IMG/VR virus record: IMGVR_UViG_3300037408_000745
Location: 1-36,026 of that record
Strand: one strand, 5' to 3'
DNA length: 36,026 nt
Origin: a virus
Taxonomy: Duplodnaviria; Caudoviricetes
The translations under genes and the position numbers were made by a program. This document shows, in pieces, positions 18,918 to 24,897 of this stretch. The notes beneath the pieces were generated by a model. The model was given only the letters and a program-made list of their open reading frames with translations. It was not told the origin of the DNA and searched no databases. Each line of letters opens with the position of its first letter. Position 1 is the stretch's first letter.

Positions 18918-19273
18918 TGTTCACCTCGTTTCATTTCGGCCATCACGGCGCGGACGATTTGTCCGGTCAGTTCCGGCATCGTCTTGACGAGTGTTTTGAT
19001 CTCGGCCATATCCGAGATTTGCCGTTCCTGAAAGCGGCGGTTATACCCCGCCTCGCGCAGATAGTCGTCTTTGCTCACGTGTTCGTCGTCGCATTCGCGG
19101 CGGCAGATTGAAAGCCGGTCTTTGATGTCCTCGATATCGCTGCCGTGTTTTTTGAGCGTCGTGCGAAAATCGCTCATGATAAACAGCGCCAGCGTCCAGA
19201 TGATGGTCGCCAGGATGGATGCCCCCGTGGCGATCATCGGCCAGACTTCAGTTAATTTCGTTTCAGCGACCAT
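18914..19273 (-). CDS. Membrane-anchored coiled-coil protein (Mu gp25 position)
   Basis: N-terminal TM helix, then coiled coil with VSKDDY. Confidence 0.65.
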   Translation of the reverse strand: MVAETKLTEVWPMIATGASILATIIWTLALFIMSDFRTTLKKHGSDIEDIKDRLSICRRECDDEHVSKDDYLREAGYNRRFQERQISDMAEIKTLVKTMPELTGQIVRAVMAEMKRGEQ

Positions 19274-19284
19274 AGCGACCCCTT

Positions 19285-19560
19285 CTAATTCATGTTGAGT
19301 TTATTCGAGTTGAGATTTCCGAAATCGTCGAATACCGTATCTTTCTCCGCGACAAGATTTCCCAGCGTCAGGAACGCTTCCTGAATGCCCTTGATGTCGT
19401 CTGCCGTCAGCAGCGTCAGGTTGCTTTTGAACTTCGCGGGAAACGCCGGCTCGATAGCCGACAGTACCTTTGCGGCGTCGATGTCTTTGCCGGATTTCAA
19501 CTGGCGGATGACCGCTACGACCGCCAGTCCTATCCGCAGATAAATCAGCCATTGAGGCAT
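19285..19560 (-). CDS. Small protein with hydrophobic N-terminus, possible lysis accessory
   Basis: MPQWLIYLRIGLAVVAVIR; AAAGGA RBS. Confidence 0.55.
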   Translation of the reverse strand: MPQWLIYLRIGLAVVAVIRQLKSGKDIDAAKVLSAIEPAFPAKFKSNLTLLTADDIKGIQEAFLTLGNLVAEKDTVFDDFGNLNSNKLNMN

Positions 19561-20171
19561 TTTAAGTTTCCTTTCTTAACCACTGATTTACGCTGATTTT
19601 CACTGATATTTTTTTTCGTGATCTTCGTGTCCTTCGTGGTAAATATTTTTTTCTCTGTGTTGATCTGTGTTAATCCGTGGTTAATTCCCGAAAAATACCA
19701 TCGGCATATCGTATCGCCCCACGTCGGATGCGTTTCTTCCGGGACCAACGGCAGGACGGGGTAAATCAATTTAACGAGGTAGGCCACAGCTCGTGTGCAC
19801 CACCAGTATCCGGGTCGCGGCGTGATGATATTGGCCCGGCTGACAAACGAGGCAAGGCCTATGTCGTCATAGGGCTGGCCTTCGATGCGCTTGGCCTCGG
19901 CGTAAACTCTATCTTCCTCGGCGTCGGTCATCGGGACGATGACCGTGTCCCAGTATTCCGGGTGTGAGTAGGTGATGTCTTTGAATCGGCAGCCGTTTGC
20001 GCCGTCGGCGAGTGTGGCTGAAAATGAGATATTGTCGAAGCGGCTGGAAAATTGCAGTTCGGTATGCGTATGCAGCGCTGACCGCATCATAATCAGGGCG
20101 TCGCCGGGGGTGATGACGTACCCGAACCGCTTGGCGCGGTAGGCGTTAAAGCTGCGAATTTTTACGTCCAT
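19545..20171 (-). CDS. Permuted papain-like (NlpC/P60) enzyme, candidate endolysin/amidase
   Basis: His (THTEL) precedes GQPYD and Cys (WWCT), the permuted order; first late gene. Confidence 0.65.
   Translation of the reverse strand: MDVKIRSFNAYRAKRFGYVITPGDALIMMRSALHTHTELQFSSRFDNISFSATLADGANGCRFKDITYSHPEYWDTVIVPMTDAEEDRVYAEAKRIEGQPYDDIGLASFVSRANIITPRPGYWWCTRAVAYLVKLIYPVLPLVPEETHPTWGDTICRWYFSGINHGLTQINTEKKIFTTKDTKITKKNISENQRKSVVKKGNLKCLNG
19577..19683. repeat. Family A palindrome with nested CTTCGTG array, inside CDS
   Basis: TAACCACTGATT...AATCCGTGGTTA enclosing TTCGTGATCTTCGTGTCCTTCGTGGT. Confidence 0.9.
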
Positions 20172-20197
20172 CCTTGAACCCGTTCTGGTTTTTTTTC

Positions 20198-20226
20198 TTG
20201 ACTAAACCAGACGGGGTGGATATAAA
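20198..20226 (+). promoter_or_regulatory. Sigma70-like promoter antisense to the late leader
   Basis: TTGACT-17 bp-TATAAA. Confidence 0.5.
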
Positions 20227-20317
20227 AAAACGGCCACCGTTCGCGCACCAAATGCGCGTCGATGACCGTCTGATGAACAAAATCTTGCTGCGCCGTGTAG
20301 AACTCACGGCATCAGCC
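20224..20317 (-). promoter_or_regulatory. Structured late-operon leader ending in an intrinsic terminator
   Basis: Minus strand: hairpin GCCGTG-N7-CACGGC, then long stem ACGGTCATCG..CGCGCA-N5-TGCGCG..CGGTGGCCGT followed by a T-run. Confidence 0.6.
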
Positions 20318-20320
20318 AAA

Positions 20321-20352
20321 AGTCTATAGACTATAGACCATAGACAAGAGAC
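20321..20352. repeat. CTATAGA heptamer array (inverse of CTATAGT arrays)
   Basis: GTCTATAGACTATAGACCATAGACAAGAGAC. Confidence 0.85.
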
Positions 20353-20411
20353 TGATAGGAAGCATTATCGGCAGGTATGGGAAAATTTCAATACAAATTT
20401 TGAAATTATTT

Positions 20412-20648
20412 TTATATCGAAGAACCCGTTACCGCTTTAGACATGTCCAAACGGATCACAAGTGCCGTTAAAACGTTAAGGATTTTCATTGCTTTATCTA
20501 CCGGAATATCATGCTTGCCCGCCAGCCACTCGTAGATCGTGGTGGCGGGGATTTCCCCGGCCAATTGCTGCACAAGCCAGTACCGGCTCTTTTTTTGGCG
20601 TTTCAACTCGGCCAGCACGGCCGAACGTAGATTGAATTTTTTAGCCAT
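20412..20648 (-). CDS. XRE/Cro-like HTH protein
   Basis: SRYWLVQQLAGEIPATTIYEWLAGKHDIPVDKAMKIL; AGGAG RBS before ATG 20648. Confidence 0.8.
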   Translation of the reverse strand: MAKKFNLRSAVLAELKRQKKSRYWLVQQLAGEIPATTIYEWLAGKHDIPVDKAMKILNVLTALVIRLDMSKAVTGSSI

Positions 20649-20661
20649 AAAACTCCTTTTT

Positions 20662-20692
20662 ACCCACGGATTAACACGGATTTTCACGGATT
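20662..20692. repeat. Family A half element
   Basis: ACCCACGGATTAACACGGATTTTCACGGATT. Confidence 0.85.
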
Positions 20693-20737
20693 CCAAAAAC
20701 TCCCCCGACCCAACCGCTGCCGGGGGAGAGCTAAAGA

Positions 20738-21205
20738 CTAATTCGTTTCTTCGCTTGATTTTACGAATTCATCGCTCAGTTTTTGCGCCGCTGCTTCACC
20801 GGCCTCCAAGGCTGCCTCCGCCACCCGGCGGGCGTCTCGCAAAATGGAGGGCAAAACGCCAGCCACAAATTCCTCTGCGCGTTCAAGGCAATCACAATCA
20901 TCACCGCTGCAATCATCAGTTATTGTTTCGGCGATTTTCTTTATTTCTTTCTTCAAATCTGGCGTAAATGCCAACTTCAACCAGGCACAGAAAACGCCAT
21001 TTACTGCGATTCCATAATCTCTCGCCGGGTCAAAACCGCCGCCGATGGTTGTTTTCGCTTCAAATCCAGCCGCCTCGATTGTGTCATAAATCGCAGATTC
21101 CCACGCAGTTTCAAGTTCTGCCTTTTCTAGCCGTCCACACGGCGTTTCAAAAGATTCGAAGTAAATTCTGTTCGTGCAAATTTCGATTTTAATTTTCGTG
21201 GCCAT
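20738..21205 (-). CDS. Hypothetical acidic protein
   Basis: 155 aa with AAGGA RBS, own promoter and a downstream hairpin (20700-20728). Confidence 0.75.
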   Translation of the reverse strand: MATKIKIEICTNRIYFESFETPCGRLEKAELETAWESAIYDTIEAAGFEAKTTIGGGFDPARDYGIAVNGVFCAWLKLAFTPDLKKEIKKIAETITDDCSGDDCDCLERAEEFVAGVLPSILRDARRVAEAALEAGEAAAQKLSDEFVKSSEETN

Positions 21206-21261
21206 TTTTCATTTCCTTTAGCTTTTGGTGTCAGGCATCGGCCTGACTTAATCTATGGTTA

Positions 21262-21290
21262 ATACTACGACATATCGCACTGTCCGTCAA
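21262..21290 (-). promoter_or_regulatory. Sigma70-like promoter
   Basis: TTGACG-17 bp-TAGTAT on the minus strand, upstream of ATG 21205. Confidence 0.65.
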
Positions 21291-21367
21291 GGGAAATTCC
21301 GAAAAAAATTTTCAATGCCGCCGTAAGTCGTTTAATCTCAAGGAGTTGTAATTTTAATATTTTTTTA

Positions 21368-21387
21368 CTATAGTCTATAGTCTATAG
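21368..21387. repeat. CTATAGT heptamer array
   Basis: CTATAGTCTATAGTCTATAG. Confidence 0.85.
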
Positions 21388-21401
21388 ATTGAAAATGCGG
21401 G

Positions 21402-21749
21402 TTATTTTTTGGACGCGATTATCAGCAGGCAGATTGCACAGACGGCCAGCAAATAGGTGTTTGGCTGGCTCTCTATGATCCCGTTAATCCCGCAGCCGAT
21501 AATGCTGAGCCATAAGATGGCCGTTAAAATTGCGACGCCAAGGCCTCCGATTGCGAGGAAAAAAGCACCCAGTAGCTTCTCGAATAATTCCGCCTTTGTT
21601 TTTTTCCGGGGCAGACCCTGAATGTCAGGAACCATCTCGAAATCGGCGGCCGCAAACTGGGCCTTGCAGTGCAGACATTTAATAAGCTGCCCTTTGTAGT
21701 GGTCCGGTATTTCCTGCGTCTTTTGGCACTTTGGGCACTGGGTAAGCAT
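21402..21749 (-). CDS. Zinc-ribbon membrane protein
   Basis: CPKC...IPD..KG..IKC.HC (MJ0042-like finger) plus two hydrophobic helices. Confidence 0.8.
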   Translation of the reverse strand: MLTQCPKCQKTQEIPDHYKGQLIKCLHCKAQFAAADFEMVPDIQGLPRKKTKAELFEKLLGAFFLAIGGLGVAILTAILWLSIIGCGINGIIESQPNTYLLAVCAICLLIIASKK

Positions 21750-21752
21750 GGG

Positions 21753-22070
21753 TTAAACGATCTTTTTTCTGGCCTTAATCCTCTCTTTATCGCTCCATTC
21801 AGCCTGTATTTTATCATGTGCCGGGCCAATCGCAAGATTCGTTTCCTGCTCTTTGGCAACGGCCAGACGCCTCTCCAGCTCCTTGACCTCTTCGGGCATA
21901 TTGCTGTAGGCCCGCATGTGAGCCTTTGCCCGCGTAGGATTGTCGGATTCGTCAAACAGCACAATTCCGGCATTGATGATATCGCGGACGTTATGCCCAT
22001 ATTTTTCAAGCGAACATACCAGCCTGTGCGTTGTCTCTGTAAATGTAATTGAGTACTTTTTGTGAGCCAT
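21753..22070 (-). CDS. Putative repressor-position regulator (RHH-like)
   Basis: Divergent from the early operon; N-terminal strand KKYSITF followed by two helices. Confidence 0.5.
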   Translation of the reverse strand: MAHKKYSITFTETTHRLVCSLEKYGHNVRDIINAGIVLFDESDNPTRAKAHMRAYSNMPEEVKELERRLAVAKEQETNLAIGPAHDKIQAEWSDKERIKARKKIV

Positions 22071-22185
22071 AAAAAATTATTTTACACCCATTTGACACGT
22101 AAGCAAGTCTTTTATTTACAGGCACATAAGGATATATTGTACGCCATAACTTGTATATATTATCAATTTGTAATAAATTTTACGC

Positions 22186-22215
22186 TTGACAAGTGCCGAT
22201 GTACCTGTGTATGGT
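22186..22215 (+). promoter_or_regulatory. Putative early promoter
   Basis: TTGACA-18 bp-TATGGT at the end of an AT-rich divergent gap; ATG 22223 lies at the expected +1. Confidence 0.5.
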
Positions 22216-22222
22216 GGCTCGC

Positions 22223-22543
22223 ATGAACATCAAAAGAACAAATGTCAATCGGTACTGGAGGCCAACACAGAACCTCCGAATCTCTGCCGGCAATTCTTTC
22301 GATAAGCAGGTCTTGGCGATGCTGAATGTCGTCGCAAAGAAAATCAAGGTCTGTCCGCAGGCGACAGCGCGTGAGGCCTTGAATCTTGGGCTTGTGGAAC
22401 TGGCTCGGATTGCCAATATTGATTTGAAGGCCCTCATGGCCGCCGATGGCGGAACTGCGGGAAAACATAGCGAACCAGTATATCCGGCGAATCCGCAAAG
22501 TCAAGAGAAATCCGTGTCTAACCAGGCGGCGATGACCGCCTGA
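22223..22543 (+). CDS. First early gene, putative DNA-binding protein (ner position)
   Basis: Strand-helix-helix pattern NLRISA...LNVVAKKIKVCPQATAREAL; start uncertain. Confidence 0.55.
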   Translation: MNIKRTNVNRYWRPTQNLRISAGNSFDKQVLAMLNVVAKKIKVCPQATAREALNLGLVELARIANIDLKALMAADGGTAGKHSEPVYPANPQSQEKSVSNQAAMTA

Positions 22544-22550
22544 TGAAATG

Positions 22551-22584
22551 CCGGCGGCGGTTAGAACCCGCCGCCGGAGCTTTT
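22551..22584 (+). terminator. GC-rich hairpin, putative terminator
   Basis: CCGGCGGCGG-N7-CCGCCGCCGG then AGCTTTT. Confidence 0.55.
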
Positions 22585-22590
22585 ATAACG

Positions 22591-22619
22591 TAACGTAGCC
22601 GAAGCGTCCCCGCTTCGGA
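22591..22619 (+). repeat. GTAG-family REP-like element, copy 1
   Basis: GTAG followed by hairpin CCGAAGC-N6-GCTTCGG; identical to 30998-31026. Confidence 0.85.
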
Positions 22620-22640
22620 TTGTTTTGAAACGGAGAAAAA

Positions 22641-22859
22641 GTGAACAAGGCAGCAAGAAAAACTTACTTCTATAAAACTACGATTCAAGTGACGGCATCG
22701 CTGAAAGATGTTTATAACCGGATGGTGTCTCGGTACGGCGTAACGGTTTCGGTCTGTGCCGGACTTTCCCTGTTGGATTTGCTCGGTGCAAAAGAAAGAG
22801 AGCAGTTGATCGATAAAATTAATCAGATGTGCCATGAAGACAAGACGGCTTTAAAATGA
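22641..22859 (+). CDS. Small putative RHH-like protein
   Basis: GGAG RBS with GTG start; resembles the N-terminus of the 21753-22070 product. Confidence 0.6.
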   Translation: MNKAARKTYFYKTTIQVTASLKDVYNRMVSRYGVTVSVCAGLSLLDLLGAKEREQLIDKINQMCHEDKTALK

Positions 22860-23287
22860 GCATGACAAAAGAAAAATTACTGCGGATTGTTTATCGAAGT
22901 CGGCTGATTCTGGCGGCGGTTGTGTGGCTTGAGGTTAGGTTTTTTTATCGGTCTTTTGCATCTCATCAGCCAGTGCTGACAAAGACTGACGAACGGCCTC
23001 AATCGCTCCCGCGGTTAAGCCGTCTGGGAATGAAAGCGGCCTTTGCTGTGCCTGTAATGTGCGCCTTTCAATGGCATCCAGTACGGCACTGGCGTCTGAT
23101 ATGGGCAGGTGTTGGAGCCATTCGGCCAGAGCATCGAGCGGACTGGATGCTGGCGGAAGAGATGCCAGCTCATTTGCGAGATCAACGCAATCCGATGGCT
23201 CGTAACGTCGCTGCTTACGGGTATCCCAGTACCAGCGATAAAAATCCACGCCCTTGTAAGTCAGGGGCGGGAATAAGTGGTTTTTAA
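22856..23287 (+). CDS. Hypothetical protein, overlaps an antisense gene
   Basis: ATGA coupling to the upstream gene, but mostly antisense to 22935-23327. Confidence 0.35.
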   Translation: MSMTKEKLLRIVYRSRLILAAVVWLEVRFFYRSFASHQPVLTKTDERPQSLPRLSRLGMKAAFAVPVMCAFQWHPVRHWRLIWAGVGAIRPEHRADWMLAEEMPAHLRDQRNPMARNVAAYGYPSTSDKNPRPCKSGAGISGF

Positions 23288-23327
23288 GCCGTAATAGAAA
23301 ATCGGCATAATACGGGAAATTGTCCAT
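22935..23327 (-). CDS. Hypothetical protein, leaderless antisense moron
   Basis: Natural-looking helical 130-aa protein; ATG sits at +1 of a consensus promoter. Confidence 0.7.
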   Translation of the reverse strand: MDNFPYYADFLLRLKNHLFPPLTYKGVDFYRWYWDTRKQRRYEPSDCVDLANELASLPPASSPLDALAEWLQHLPISDASAVLDAIERRTLQAQQRPLSFPDGLTAGAIEAVRQSLSALADEMQKTDKKT

Positions 23328-23333
23328 ATTGGT

Positions 23334-23362
23334 ATTGTAACAAAACCTAAACAAATTGTCAA
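23334..23362 (-). promoter_or_regulatory. Near-consensus sigma70 promoter
   Basis: TTGACA-17 bp-TACAAT with extended -10 TG. Confidence 0.8.
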
Positions 23363-23403
23363 ACGGCGGCCAAAGGACTTTTAACATGGCAATAAAATCC
23401 GCG

Positions 23404-23460
23404 AAAATCAGTGAAAATCTGTGGTTAAAAAAAAGGTGTTATCGGTGAAATCTGTGGTTT
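23404..23460. repeat. Family A half elements
   Basis: AATCAGTGAAAATCTGTGGTTAAAAAAAAGGTG...AAATCTGTGGTTT; close match to the reverse complement of 4777-4820. Confidence 0.85.
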
Positions 23461-24098
23461 CAAATTTGTTTTCATCACCCTCCTCCGATGCGGGCGGCCG
23501 AGCCGACTCCGCCGTCCGCATTTTTTTGATTCTCTTTGTAATTTCCATCCTCGGCATTTTCGTCAGTAATCTTGACGGCTGTAATCCTGCTTTTGCCGGG
23601 ACGCCAATCGTCAATCGTCAATCCTTGCCCTCGAATTCGTTGATCGGGGGGTCCATTGAAAATCAATTATCCGTGGCTGGAAACGAGTCGCCCAGAAGTC
23701 CTTCCACTGCAGCGCGGCCGGGTCTCTCTCCGGCCGCGTCTTTTGAACCCTCTGTGCCCCCTGTGCCCTCTGTGGCAAAAGTTATGCGGGTGACGGCGTA
23801 CTGTTCATGTCCGAAGTGCTGCGGAAAGCGAGCCGTCGGCATCACGGCCAGCGGATATAAAATCCAGCCCGGCGACAAACTCATCGCGGCGGATAGTGCG
23901 ATCCCCTTCGGAACGCGAATAGCAATCCCCGGCTATAACGGCGGCGAGGCCGTCGAGGTCAAGGATCGCGGCAAAGCCATCACTGCCGACCGCCTCGATG
24001 TGTACTTTGAGTCACACGCGCAGGCCCGCGCCTGGGGTGTCAGGAAAATTGAAGTAGCAATACGACAGCAGCCTGAAGCGCAAGCGACGGGATTTTAA
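23421..24098 (+). CDS. Membrane-anchored 3D-domain protein (MltA-like lytic transglycosylase domain)
   Basis: VTAY...GITASG...IAAD..IPFGT...KDRG.AI...RLDVYF...ARAWG; TM segment near N-terminus; start uncertain. Confidence 0.85.
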   Translation: MVKKKVLSVKSVVSNLFSSPSSDAGGRADSAVRIFLILFVISILGIFVSNLDGCNPAFAGTPIVNRQSLPSNSLIGGSIENQLSVAGNESPRSPSTAARPGLSPAASFEPSVPPVPSVAKVMRVTAYCSCPKCCGKRAVGITASGYKIQPGDKLIAADSAIPFGTRIAIPGYNGGEAVEVKDRGKAITADRLDVYFESHAQARAWGVRKIEVAIRQQPEAQATGF

Positions 24099-24112
24099 TT
24101 GAGGAGTAACGA

Positions 24113-24313
24113 ATGAGCACGATGCGAAGTTTAGTTAGGCACGCGGAGCGGGCGCGTGGCAAACGAAAGCCGGTCGGCAGGATGAAGGGCTGGATGAATC
24201 AGATCAACCGCTCGCGGGCGCTGAAAAATAAAAAGCCCGACCACGGCGGATTCATGCAGTCGATATTCGCGACTCTGCTCGGCGCAAAAATCAGGCAGGC
24301 AAAGGCGAAGTGA
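24113..24313 (+). CDS. Small basic hypothetical protein
   Basis: GAGGAG RBS; 66 aa. Confidence 0.65.
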   Translation: MSTMRSLVRHAERARGKRKPVGRMKGWMNQINRSRALKNKKPDHGGFMQSIFATLLGAKIRQAKAK

Positions 24314-24370
24314 ATTGATTATTGAATAATGAATATTTAAAACTCTGTGATCTCTGTGCCCTCTGTGGCA
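24311..24370. repeat. TGAATAA-like array plus CTCTGTG array
   Basis: TGAATTGATTATTGAATAATGAATA then CTCTGTGATCTCTGTGCCCTCTGTGGC; the latter also at 23750-23776. Confidence 0.75.
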
Positions 24371-24459
24371 AAAATAAAATGAAAAATATTACGGATGACG
24401 GAAATTTAGGGCTGGCGGCTTTGTCTATGGATGGGCAGTGCTGCGGCCGAGGATAAAAA

Positions 24460-24897
24460 ATGGTTGCTCTAAATAATACAAATCAGACGCAGGGACTGGC
24501 GGAGTTTGTCTGTCCGGTATGCTTCAAATCCATCAAGCCGGCGGTTATCGACCCGCCGCAGATGGATACCCTCGGCATTCTAAGGCGGGCCTATACCACG
24601 TGGTGCGAACCATGCGGCGGACACGTCGTCATCCAGTTCCTTGATTCGCAGCTTGCAAAGTGGGTCATCGAAAAATACGGGCGTCTCGAACCTCTGTATA
24701 TCATCAAGGGCTGCTATACGCAGGTCTGCGATGCGAGGCCGATTGCCGCCCAAAAAAATCCGGTCATCTCGACGGGGCCGGGCGGGGATTATAGAAACGA
24801 GATTTCTGATGCACAGGTCAAGGAATTTTTGGATGCGCTGGGCGAGGCCGGCCAAAAAATTCAGGCAATTATAGGGTCCATTCTCAAAAAACAATGA
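24460..24897 (+). CDS. Zinc-finger-like hypothetical protein
   Basis: CPVC...CEPC; GAGG RBS; ATGA-coupled to the transposase. Confidence 0.7.
   Translation: MVALNNTNQTQGLAEFVCPVCFKSIKPAVIDPPQMDTLGILRRAYTTWCEPCGGHVVIQFLDSQLAKWVIEKYGRLEPLYIIKGCYTQVCDARPIAAQKNPVISTGPGGDYRNEISDAQVKEFLDALGEAGQKIQAIIGSILKKQ

Noticed and set aside
472-20000. Many plus-strand and alternate-frame ORFs over the late arm
   Set aside because: Shadows of GC-rich minus-strand genes with no RBS or motifs.
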